This document shows positions 48,890 through 57,629 of a DNA stretch of 64,000 nucleotides, piece after piece (the first letter of the stretch is position 1; the number at the start of each line of letters is the position of its first letter). The notes under the pieces are model-generated. The model saw only the letters and a list, made by a program, of their open reading frames with translations, was not told where the DNA came from and searched no databases. The position numbers were made by a program, and so were the translations under genes. The stretch comes from Candidatus Hydrogenedentota bacterium (GTDB lineage Bacteria; Hydrogenedentota; Hydrogenedentia; Hydrogenedentales; JAEUWI01): the NCBI GenBank assembly GCA_034669905.1, contig JAXMOL010000011.1, positions 1 through 64,000 of the forward strand, read 5' to 3'.

Positions 48890-49195
48890 CTAATACTCCT
48901 CGGGCAGCAGGAACGTAGTAGCTTGCCGGTTGTGGTCTGTGTCGATTTCGGCATCGGTGATGATCCAGATTTGGGTTTCATCCGGGAGTAGATACGAGCT
49001 CAAGATACGGCTACCGTCCTTGATGGCCATGTCGTTGAGATACCCGTCTTCATCGCTGACAACACCCCAGTCACCGGTCAGATGTCGTCCTAGATATTCC
49101 CGGCCACTGGTGTTGTTCCGTTCAAAAGCCTCCAGGGCACCGGGTGTGGCAACAATCTGACCCAGCTTGAATTTGGGTTTGGTTTCGGTCTTCAT
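48890..49195 (-). CDS. Conserved small mobile-element protein
   Basis: FKLGQIVATPGAL...RHLTGDWG...RILSSY...IWIIT...TTFLLPEEY, a pattern recalled from plasmid/ICE proteins. Confidence 0.8.
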   Translation of the reverse strand: MKTETKPKFKLGQIVATPGALEAFERNNTSGREYLGRHLTGDWGVVSDEDGYLNDMAIKDGSRILSSYLLPDETQIWIITDAEIDTDHNRQATTFLLPEEY

Positions 49196-49353
49196 AGACT
49201 GATCTCCGTTATCCCCTGTTCATCTGGCATCGGCACCACCGTAAAATGGGTCGCCATTGAATAAGGGTCTCGTTGGATTCTTAATGCGATTTCAGCCGCA
49301 TCCTTCGCGGACTCGGCGGTCAGTTCGATTTTCCAGACGACGTAATATTCCAT
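49192..49353 (-). CDS. 53-aa hypothetical protein (below the ORF-track cut-off)
   Basis: MEYYVVWKIELTAESAKDAAEIALRIQRDP...; GGGGAA RBS; ATGA overlap with the next gene. Confidence 0.65.
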   Translation of the reverse strand: MEYYVVWKIELTAESAKDAAEIALRIQRDPYSMATHFTVVPMPDEQGITEISL

Positions 49354-49368
49354 GACGCTTCCCCCAGG

Positions 49369-49707
49369 CTATCTCTCAGCCTGGAACTGAGAAACCACGC
49401 CGTGAAAATGGCAGGAGGGGCATTCACAAGGGGAGCCCAATCCCCATTCCGCCGGTTGTGATTTGTCGAGTTCGAGGTAGTCGTGGAAAATCAGCAAGAA
49501 CTCCTTCACCTGGATTTTGAAGCTGCCCCGGTGACGACACTGCGGACAGGAAAGGCTCTGGATAGTCGGTGTATCATCGCTGGGATAATCCTCCTCATAG
49601 TCGTCCCAGTCCTCCTCGAAGAAGTCGTGGGTATCTCGCTTCGGCCTACGGAAATCCTTCCAAATCCAATTGAAAAGCCATTTCAGGGCCTTGTAGACAA
49701 ATTTCAT
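49369..49707 (-). CDS. Zinc-ribbon protein with acidic linker
   Basis: CPQC...CPSC; RBS AAAGGA before MKFVYK. Confidence 0.7.
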   Translation of the reverse strand: MKFVYKALKWLFNWIWKDFRRPKRDTHDFFEEDWDDYEEDYPSDDTPTIQSLSCPQCRHRGSFKIQVKEFLLIFHDYLELDKSQPAEWGLGSPCECPSCHFHGVVSQFQAER

Positions 49708-49820
49708 GGGAAATTCCTTTCTAAATGGAAAAACCGCCCTCGGTATAGGCGGTCTTGGTTGGTATCGACTCTGATGGACGTTACTGGCCAGCGCTGGCCA
49801 ATCAGGCTGTAGGGGGGAAA

Positions 49821-50180
49821 TCAAGCGCTTGTTTTCACCGATAGCCGCTGATATAGGGATTGCAAGTCTTGATTGAGTTGGGTCAACGCGGCGTCGACCA
49901 TGTCCGGGTAGTAGCCACATCGCTGGAACGCTTCCTCATCGTCGTAGCAACAGCAGCCGAGGTATTCCGTGGCCTCTTGATTCTCCCATGACACCGTTAC
50001 CGCCACCGAAGCCCAGGCCCAAATGTCATCCATTTCCAATCGGTGTAGAATTTCATCCTCGACCGTCCGGTCAAAGTTGTCATCACCCGAGATACAGGCG
50101 TTTCCACGGACTGGAATATCATCAGTAACGGCTTCCAGATGGATGCTTACATCGTCAATACCCAGGGTCTTACATGGCAT
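49821..50180 (-). CDS. Acidic hypothetical protein
   Basis: Start MPCKTL overlaps the upstream stop; D/E-rich. Confidence 0.7.
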   Translation of the reverse strand: MPCKTLGIDDVSIHLEAVTDDIPVRGNACISGDDNFDRTVEDEILHRLEMDDIWAWASVAVTVSWENQEATEYLGCCCYDDEEAFQRCGYYPDMVDAALTQLNQDLQSLYQRLSVKTSA

Positions 50181-50625
50181 GGGTTTCTTCCTTAGCCACA
50201 CGGGTGTAAAAGCGCGTACCCATCGGAGAGTCACAACGCGTGAACAAATGGGTTTCATTGGCGAAGTCACCGAATCCAATATGTTTCAAATTGGGCTCAT
50301 CGTGGATGGAGAGAAGGTTCAGATTCGGAACCGTGTTGGATCCGCCATCCACAATCTGGTGAGCCTTTTCCATCAATTCACGAACGTATTCCTCATCCGT
50401 TGGTACCTGAATTTCTTCGGCTTCACCCAAGTCATAGGCTCGGTGCAAGGCGTCTTCCAGATTCCACAGCTGATACCATCCGCCCAGTTCGACGTGATGA
50501 CCGGGACACTGACGAGAGGTGTTGTCCAGTTTTCGGAAGGCTTTCTCTGCCATTTCCCTGGACATGTCTCCCAGATCCAAATGAAATTCTGCCCCGCATT
50601 TATTACAGGTGGTCTTGATGTACAT
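50170..50625 (-). CDS. Hypothetical protein with a putative zinc-binding motif
   Basis: CNKC...CPGHH; RBS AAGGAG. Confidence 0.7.
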   Translation of the reverse strand: MYIKTTCNKCGAEFHLDLGDMSREMAEKAFRKLDNTSRQCPGHHVELGGWYQLWNLEDALHRAYDLGEAEEIQVPTDEEYVRELMEKAHQIVDGGSNTVPNLNLLSIHDEPNLKHIGFGDFANETHLFTRCDSPMGTRFYTRVAKEETHAM

Positions 50626-50728
50626 GTATGTCTCCTTTCTGTCTGGTGTTTTGGTAAAGAAAAAGCTCCCCATCGTCCGTGTTGGAAGATGGGGAGCCAA
50701 TGGGATTGATGATGATGTTGTAATGGGA

Positions 50729-51754
50729 TTAGTTGACGAGGGACAACAGCTTGGACGCTTTCATGTCCAGTTCGGTTCGATCACCCGCATTGGGATTCTT
50801 ACCCGCCAAACGAGTGAGGGCGTCCACGATGCTGAAGATAGTGAACTTCCCGTTCTGCTGGGCAATCTTCAGGGCTTCTTTGGCCAAGCTTTGATTGAAA
50901 CCCCGTTTTGTCAGGAGTTTCAGGGCTTCTTCGTCGTCTTTGCCCAGTTTTTCCTTCATGGCTTTCTTGATCACGTTGGCAAAGCCATCCCGACGTTCGT
51001 CCCGTTTTTTCGCCAGTTGTTCAACGTGATGACGAATGGGGTCGAGGCTGTCGTGAACCCGAGCCGTATGCTTCCGAGAGAACTCGGTCACATCCGTGGC
51101 GTCCCAGACGATATGGTTTTGACACACGGCCTGGAACCAGAAGGTCTGAATACCCACCGTCCGCTTACCGACTTCGCTGTTCCAAAGAAAGAAGCCCGGA
51201 GCAAAGGCTTCCCCTTCGATTTCGGTCCACCCCGTGGGGTCGATTAGGAAAACAAACATATCCTGTTCCCCGCAGTAGAGACCGGATCCACCAGAAGCAG
51301 CAGTCTGAGCGGGTTGGAAATCTACAGCAAATTCATTAACCGTGTTCAACAAGTCAGCGTTAAATAGACGGGTATAGGCTGCCCCGTGGATGGAACGCAC
51401 CTGCTCACCTTCGGTGAGGAACTGCATGGGTTTGGTGCCACCAGGAAGGGTATCCCGAAGGATATCCACCGCTGTCTCGGGGCGTACCTTGTTGACCGTA
51501 TCTTTGGCCACACCAGCTAATTTACAAAGCTGGGTGAAGCTCCAGTTATTGAGCGTGTGGTTACCATCTTCACCCAGGGAAAGCATGGGAGCATGGTTCT
51601 CAAGGATGGGTTGGATATCCCTGGGGGCAATCCATTTCTCCACCGCATTTTTCTTCTGCTCATGGCAGTGGTTGTAGAGGGTTTTGAGATCCGGAAAGAT
51701 CTCGTCCGGGGATCGTGAGAATAATTCGTCGTGTGCTTTCGTCAAGTGTGGCAT
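50729..51754 (-). CDS. DUF932-like protein
   Basis: GFFLWNSEVGKRT...AVCQNHIVW...RKH; RBS AGGAG before MPHLTK. Confidence 0.75.
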   Translation of the reverse strand: MPHLTKAHDELFSRSPDEIFPDLKTLYNHCHEQKKNAVEKWIAPRDIQPILENHAPMLSLGEDGNHTLNNWSFTQLCKLAGVAKDTVNKVRPETAVDILRDTLPGGTKPMQFLTEGEQVRSIHGAAYTRLFNADLLNTVNEFAVDFQPAQTAASGGSGLYCGEQDMFVFLIDPTGWTEIEGEAFAPGFFLWNSEVGKRTVGIQTFWFQAVCQNHIVWDATDVTEFSRKHTARVHDSLDPIRHHVEQLAKKRDERRDGFANVIKKAMKEKLGKDDEEALKLLTKRGFNQSLAKEALKIAQQNGKFTIFSIVDALTRLAGKNPNAGDRTELDMKASKLLSLVN

Positions 51755-51910
51755 AGTTGAACTCCTGTTTGGTTGGTTTGGGGAAAGGATGGCGGAGCGG
51801 GTGCCTACGTAAACGCCCCATTTACAACGGCTTAGAGGTATTCTTGGCCGATGCAATTCACTCAGGAGTCTATGTATATAGTCAATAGGGTGGGTGTGGT
51901 GGCGGCGAAT

Positions 51911-51926
51911 ACCCGAATATCCGGTA
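51911..51926. promoter_or_regulatory. Palindromic site A variant upstream of the DUF932 cluster
   Basis: ACCCGAATATCCGGTA; followed by site B, as at 6533/6565. Confidence 0.55.
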
Positions 51927-51952
51927 AATTTTGGGCTGGGTAAGCAGTGGAG

Positions 51953-51966
51953 GCTATGCGCTTAAC
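51953..51966. promoter_or_regulatory. Palindromic site B variant (GCTATGCGCTTAAC)
   Basis: 13/14 match to the consensus. Confidence 0.55.
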
Positions 51967-52849
51967 TCGGGAACTGAATCGAGTATGGTGAGGAAAATCG
52001 CTTCAAAGCCCTACATATTGCGAAAAAATGAAGAATTCCAAGGTGTGAGCCTTTTTCGGTGTTCTGTAAGTCCTTAATGTGTAATGACTTAAAAATTTGA
52101 CATTGCCGTGTAAAATAATTTCCGGTTTGCCTTGAACCAAACCCAAAATGCTTGAGACAATATACGGACGCGGTTGACGCCCGATTAGAAGACTTTGGAA
52201 TGCTTGGGATTGGCCGAGATTGCCAGAGGTATCGGAGGATAGAAAAATGACCTAGTGAAAAAACGAATACTCACCCACACACGGATGCCCTTCAATCCGA
52301 AGAGTGTGGCCATATTTTAGGGCAATTTTTTACTACGAGGTCCACGGATTGGACCTCCTCTAGAGGCATGCAACTCCTATCATGCTGAAGTCTGAGCGCA
52401 ACGCTCGACGCTTTTTCCGGCCCCTGAGCCGTTCATATTAGTTACTGAAGCTGAAAAATTTGACCACGAAGGAGATCCCATGTCCCCTCGTTGGACCGTG
52501 TCATTGACCAGAGTCGTTGCCGTTGTGCCTGCTTGGCAGCATTGGCAACTATGCACTTCTTGGCATCACCACGTTGTCCAGCCCCGATCCTCCGGCGAGG
52601 TACGTCTTTTCGTATCGCTTTGCCCCGTCGGTCGATCGCAGCATCCCCCCCGAGGGAAAGCCCCAATTAATGATAATCCATTCTCACTAACATTTGAATA
52701 CCCAAAAATCATAGCCACCGCCGTTTGTGGCCATCCGGAATCGACGTGGCCAACCAGGGAACCGATCAGGTCCTTGGTGGAGGCGTGGTTCCATCCAACA
52801 CTTGGCATGGTGCCAAGCTGTAAGCCCCATAATAAAAAGGAAAATTCCA

Positions 52850-53944
52850 ATGAATACTAAAGAAACCAAGAAATCCAATAAAGCTGAACTCGTCAAGAAG
52901 CTGGAGAAGCTTGTCCAGAAGATCAAGGCAACCCGTGAAAAGAACGGGGAAAACTATCTCGAAGAATGCCAGTACGTCTTCGAAATGCACAGGGAGGCCA
53001 AGGAGGCAGGCGACCCGGACCGAGACTTGCCTATGCTTCGTGATGAACTCGACATCGGTAAGTCAACGGCTAGAAAAAAGCGTAAGATGCACGAGTTCTG
53101 GAACGCACAATCGAAAGAGGTCGCCGAGAACTTCCCAAAACTCTTCAGCAAGATTGGACGCACAAAACTTGAGCTGGTCTGCTGTCTGAAATCGGAGAAG
53201 GACGCTGGCAACAAAAAAGGGTACAAAAAGAAGAAGCACCTTCGCTTCGATGACCTAATCATCGAAGGGGACGTCGCTACGGTCAAACTCGTCAATCCAG
53301 AAGGATCGGTCGTGGTCCATGAGAAGTCGGAACGGGAACTGAAGGAGGTACTCAGTAGCTCGGGGACGGAGTCGAAGGACTCCCTAGCAGAATCGGTTGA
53401 AGCGGCGGACAGTCTTGGAGCCGATGCTCGCAGCTCTCAAGAGTCCGAGGAGCTTCACCCAAAGTACACGACATACCCGGCACTGAAGAGAGCGTACGAA
53501 GCTCTTGAGGCCAAGATGGATGAGAAAGATAGGCTCATCGCAGAACTGCTCGCCGGTAAGGCACAATCGGAACGGGTAGTCGAGAATCCTTCGACACCGT
53601 CTGCCGAGGATCAGGAGCAAACTGAAGCCGAATTTGAAGACACTCCCGAGCTAGACTCCGGCACCAAAGAGGAGGCCCAACATCTTGATGCGGTGCCGCC
53701 CAAAGGCGAAAAAGAATCCTCTGCCATCGAAAATGTGGAAGAGCCTTCCGAACAGAGCCAAGATGACTTCGAGATTGAGGACATAACCCTCGAAGAGGAA
53801 ACCGTCATACCGGTCGAGAAAGCCGATACTAAGCCTAGCCGTCAGCCAGCATATGCCAATCGAAGCAAAAGCCTTGCCGGTACGCCAAATGTTCCTTCTC
53901 AGACCGCAATGAATCGGGAGGCCTCGTCATGCACACACGTGTAG
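52850..53944 (+). CDS. Hypothetical protein: possible N-terminal HTH, coiled coil, long acidic tail
   Basis: RBS AAAGGA; LRDELDIGKSTARK HTH-like segment. Confidence 0.7.
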   Translation: MNTKETKKSNKAELVKKLEKLVQKIKATREKNGENYLEECQYVFEMHREAKEAGDPDRDLPMLRDELDIGKSTARKKRKMHEFWNAQSKEVAENFPKLFSKIGRTKLELVCCLKSEKDAGNKKGYKKKKHLRFDDLIIEGDVATVKLVNPEGSVVVHEKSERELKEVLSSSGTESKDSLAESVEAADSLGADARSSQESEELHPKYTTYPALKRAYEALEAKMDEKDRLIAELLAGKAQSERVVENPSTPSAEDQEQTEAEFEDTPELDSGTKEEAQHLDAVPPKGEKESSAIENVEEPSEQSQDDFEIEDITLEEETVIPVEKADTKPSRQPAYANRSKSLAGTPNVPSQTAMNREASSCTHV

Positions 53945-54021
53945 AATCGTTGAGCTTGAAGCCCATTGCGGGCACGGTTGATACAACTGTATCTGCTTGG
54001 CACGATTAGAGGGAAAACGCA

Positions 54022-54696
54022 ATGATTTATTTGGACTCAACATCACGCAAACCGCTCGACAAGCACGAGCTCAGAAACGTAACGAAGCAAACAATCGGAA
54101 TGGCTAAGGAAATCTACCATCTTGAGAGCCTTACCAAAGGCGAATCGGCGGGTGAAGACCGACTGAGATCCCGCCATAGCCGAAAGCTGATGCTGGACAA
54201 GACTGTGCAGTATTGGTATGCCAAGCTCTATGAGTCTTACGCGTTGCCAGACAATCAAGGTAGATCACGCGTCGACCTTGATTACCTGTACTCAATCGAC
54301 GTGTGGATTCTTGAAGCTTTTCTGCCCTTACTCGTAAAGGATGACGAACGGGGAAAACGTGGCCACGACACTGCTACCAGGTGTGGTCACGAATCTATCA
54401 AAATAAATTACTGCCGCGATGGCGAAGAAGAGCTTTTCGTGGCCGACCTGAAAGACTTCGACGTTGATCTGGTAGAGGGGCTCCGCATGGCGGAACTAGG
54501 TTGTAACTACATGATATGGCATTACGATAAGGTTGACGGCGAATACGCCGACAGGATTGGCCGCCCTTCATATGATATTGGCGAGGTTGGGGTCCCGGAC
54601 CTCAGCTACTACCACTGCTGTTCGGACGACTATGTGTCCTATGGCAGTCTAATAGCTGAAATATTTGATGATAAGTACCTGCAGCCGGAATATTGA
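54022..54696 (+). CDS. Hypothetical protein
   Basis: RBS GAGGG, 224-aa ORF. Confidence 0.7.
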   Translation: MIYLDSTSRKPLDKHELRNVTKQTIGMAKEIYHLESLTKGESAGEDRLRSRHSRKLMLDKTVQYWYAKLYESYALPDNQGRSRVDLDYLYSIDVWILEAFLPLLVKDDERGKRGHDTATRCGHESIKINYCRDGEEELFVADLKDFDVDLVEGLRMAELGCNYMIWHYDKVDGEYADRIGRPSYDIGEVGVPDLSYYHCCSDDYVSYGSLIAEIFDDKYLQPEY

Positions 54697-54958
54697 CGCT
54701 CAGGCAACCTTGTCACGGGACGTATAGAAAAATAGAGATAGGTGCGGTTGGTCACCAAAGACCGGTCGCGCCTTTCTCTTTATTGAGGAGTGGGGGGAGA
54801 TACTGAGCTAAAACGACGGGCCACTTCGTCTGACAACGGGGAGTAAGGCCAATCGATGCGCCGCCCGACAACAGAATTGGCAGGTGTGTATGGGGGAAAA
54901 GTACATCCGAAGGGACTAGACTCTATCGATACAGAGGATAGGGCAATGCTGCACCTCG

Positions 54959-54978
54959 GGTAACGGAGCGGTAACGGA
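54959..54978 (+). promoter_or_regulatory. Putative integrase arm-type site, second copy
   Basis: GGTAACGGAGCGGTAACGGA, identical to 3470-3489. Confidence 0.75.
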
Positions 54979-54991
54979 GACACAAGCAAAG

Positions 54992-55032
54992 AAAAACCGC
55001 CCAGCGACTGTGATTATAAGTCGTTGGGCGGT
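54992..55032 (-). terminator. Island-supplied terminator downstream of tRNA-Val
   Basis: ACCGCCCAGCGACT...AGTCGTTGGGCGGT stem with a U-tract on the minus strand. Confidence 0.75.
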
Positions 55033-55042
55033 AATTGTTTAA

Positions 55043-55092
55043 ATGGTGGGCGATACAAGATTCGAACTTGTGACCTCTGCCGTGTGAAGGCA
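55043..55092 (-). repeat. att site within the intact tRNA
   Basis: 50-bp identity with 3283-3332. Confidence 0.97.
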
Positions 55093-55120
55093 GCGCTCTA
55101 ACCAACTGAGCTAATCGCCC
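55044..55120 (-). tRNA. tRNA-Val (anticodon CAC)
   Basis: GGGCGATTAGCTCAGTTGGTTAGAGCGCTGCCTTCACACGGCAGAGGTCACAAGTTCGAATCTTGTATCGCCCACCA folds as a cloverleaf with encoded CCA. Confidence 0.97.
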
Positions 55121-55262
55121 GAAGGACGGTAATCCTATCACAATCGGAATTTCGGGCGCAAACACAATGCGCCCGGTGGCGTAGCCGGGCTTCGGAATGA
55201 ATTTGCCGTGGACTACGCCGCGTTCCGTCGTGCTTCCGACGGGCCTCCTGAATCCAGGGGGA

Positions 55263-55646
55263 TCAGTCGGGGATTTCGATCTCTTCGATGTCGCCTTCTT
55301 CCCCGACGAACAATCCAATGATGGTCAGTTGGGGGTAGAGTTTGCGATATTGACGTACGACGTCGCCCATTTGCTCGATCTGGGTTTCCCGGGGCACGGG
55401 ATTTCCGCGGCAGTCCCAGTGGCCTGTAATGGCGAGCTCTTTGATGTCGTGGACGCGAATCACGGTGTCGACCCGCTCCTGGAAGAGGAGGGCCCGTTCG
55501 GATTCGGGAGCCTTGGTGAGGATGCCGAGGGGGCCGGCATCGGTGAGCATATCGACGTATTTGACGTTGAAACGCTGCATGAGATAGTTGACGACCGGCT
55601 GCTGGGTGCGCCCGTCGAGACAGTTGATGGTGGCACAAAATGTCAT
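55263..55646 (-). CDS. Small beta-carbonic-anhydrase-like protein
   Basis: CLDGR and HWDC zinc ligands; start MTFCATINC. Confidence 0.8.
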   Translation of the reverse strand: MTFCATINCLDGRTQQPVVNYLMQRFNVKYVDMLTDAGPLGILTKAPESERALLFQERVDTVIRVHDIKELAITGHWDCRGNPVPRETQIEQMGDVVRQYRKLYPQLTIIGLFVGEEGDIEEIEIPD

Positions 55647-55982
55647 GGTACTACTCTCGATAGGGTGGGGATAGCTCCGGGTGGGGACACACTTCCCACG
55701 GGAACCTCCTGACTGCTGACCGCAGGAAGTATAGCAAAGTGGACACTGCGATGGCACGTATTTCTCTGTACCACAGGAGTAGTGGCAACATCCGCCCCCC
55801 ACAGCGTGGGACGTCGTGTGTGGTCGGTGAGGGGGTAGTGCCCCCGTGGCTCGGGCGGCGGCAAGGCGGCCATGACAGGGGGCGGGGCACAAAAGGCCGG
55901 TGGGGGCAGGAGGCCCAAGGGCCCCAGGAGGGGCGCTATCTACGGGCTATTGGGAGCCTGTAATATCGCGTGGTGACTCGCC

Positions 55983-56441
55983 CTATCGGGGCGCGGGGGC
56001 ACTGCGGCGCACCTTGCAGTGGGCCACGTTTGCCACTGCCAGATGGGGCTGATAGGGCGCCGTTTGATAGAGGGGCACTTCATCCTGCGAGGTGTATTCC
56101 CAGTCAAATACGCCACGCCCCAGGCGCACGGGGCCAATGACCCGCCGCACGATGGCGTCGCCGACTTCGGTTTCCGTGCGAATCCAGTAGTTTCCGGGAC
56201 GGGGCAATACGGCAGAGTATACGGCCGTCGGGGGGAGGGGGTGAGAAAGCCGGTTTGTGGCTTCGGTGGCCCGGGCTTCCGAGGTCTCTATGGCGAGAAA
56301 GACCAACGCGGCATCACTACTGTTGGCCAGGTGGACGCGGGTAAAGTCTTGCTTGTTGGATTGGTCACAGCCCAGGGCGAGAAGGGGGGCCAGAATGCCC
56401 AGACTGACACATGAAGCCATGTGGGATAGGGAAATTTGCAT
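55983..56441 (-). CDS. Putative lipoprotein
   Basis: Lipobox-like LLALGC after a hydrophobic stretch; start uncertain. Confidence 0.55.
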   Translation of the reverse strand: MQISLSHMASCVSLGILAPLLALGCDQSNKQDFTRVHLANSSDAALVFLAIETSEARATEATNRLSHPLPPTAVYSAVLPRPGNYWIRTETEVGDAIVRRVIGPVRLGRGVFDWEYTSQDEVPLYQTAPYQPHLAVANVAHCKVRRSAPAPR

Positions 56442-56726
56442 CGGGTTATACTCCGTTTCATCACGTCCTGGCAGACACGGCCCCCAACCGATAGGGTCGC
56501 AGTATACCCCATCCCGGGGGAAATGTATAGCCAAATGGCAGTTTTTTGGCGGCAACATCCCACATTGGAACGGGCTGGCCGGGTGTGGTGCCGGGTCGGT
56601 GCCTTTTTTGCTTGCACTGCTTATCTTGTGGCCCGAAATCCGATGGTGTTACACCGGGGCAAGGGGCCACAATTCCACCCGTCGTTGAAACTGAATCCCG
56701 GCCCGTGTTCATGCTAGACTCTTCGC

Positions 56727-57629
56727 ATGCCACCAATCGTCTCTTTCTCCAAAGTCTGCAAGTTTTACGGCTCCCACTTTGCCGTCGGGGGCTTCTCGCT
56801 GGATATCCGGGCGGGGGACACCGTCGGTTTGCTGGGTCCCAATGGTGCGGGCAAGAGTACCTTGCTGCATATACTGACGGGACTGGTGCGCCCCACGTCG
56901 GGTCAGGTGTCGGTTTTCGGGAAGGAACTCCAATCCAACGCCATCGACATTGCCTTTCGGATGGGCGCCCTGATGGAGCGGCCGACCTTTTATGATCACT
57001 TGACGGTACGGCGCAATCTGAAAATTCATGCCCAATTGGCCCAGCGTGATGTCAATCTCGATCGCACGCTGGACCTGACCAATCTCACGGAATTTGCGTC
57101 GGTCCGGGCTGGCACCTTGTCGCAGGGTCTGCGACAGCGTCTGGGGCTGGCCATGGCCATGCTGACCGAGCCGGAGCTGCTGGTATTGGATGAGCCGACT
57201 TCGGGCCTCGATCCGGAAGCCACGCAAGACATCCTCACGCTGCTGCGGCGCCTGGTGGATGAGACTGCGGTGACAATCCTCTTTTCGAGTCACCTGATGC
57301 ATGAGGTCGAGGCCTTGTGCAGTCACGTCGCCATCATCCACAAAGGCCGTCTGGTAACCTATGAAGAAACTGAGTCCCTCATTTCCTATGATCTCAGCCA
57401 GGTGGAGGTCCTGATGGACGGTGCGGAGAATGCCGCCAAGCGGCTGCGCGAGCAGGATTGGGTGGCCCAGGTGACGAGCAAGCCGGGCCGGCTACAGGTG
57501 AAGCTGAAAGAGCAAGGCAGCCACCAGCTCAACAGCTTCCTGGTGCACGCGGGCTATGCGGTATCGGGGGTGGTTCCGAGACGGCGCACCCTGCAGGATT
57601 ATTTCTTGAAGGCCCTGGATCATGAGTAG
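56727..57629 (+). CDS. ABC transporter ATP-binding protein
   Basis: GPNGAGKST, LSQG signature, LVLDEP, SSH. Confidence 0.95.
   Translation: MPPIVSFSKVCKFYGSHFAVGGFSLDIRAGDTVGLLGPNGAGKSTLLHILTGLVRPTSGQVSVFGKELQSNAIDIAFRMGALMERPTFYDHLTVRRNLKIHAQLAQRDVNLDRTLDLTNLTEFASVRAGTLSQGLRQRLGLAMAMLTEPELLVLDEPTSGLDPEATQDILTLLRRLVDETAVTILFSSHLMHEVEALCSHVAIIHKGRLVTYEETESLISYDLSQVEVLMDGAENAAKRLREQDWVAQVTSKPGRLQVKLKEQGSHQLNSFLVHAGYAVSGVVPRRRTLQDYFLKALDHE

Larger units (their letters stand above)
3283..55092. mobile_element. ~51.8 kb tRNA-Val-integrated genomic island with a satellite-like backbone and defence cargo
   Basis: Flanking 50-bp direct repeats, integrase beside one end, arm-type repeats inside both ends, primase and AlpA/Xis genes, visibly lower GC than the flanks. 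Confidence 0.95.

Noticed and set aside
52480..52860. 126-aa ORF with an apparent RBS
   Set aside because: The composition is not protein-like and the region is stem-rich; translation cannot be excluded
3283..55092. Prophage or conjugative ICE
   Set aside because: No recognisable structural, lysis, terminase, relaxase or T4SS genes
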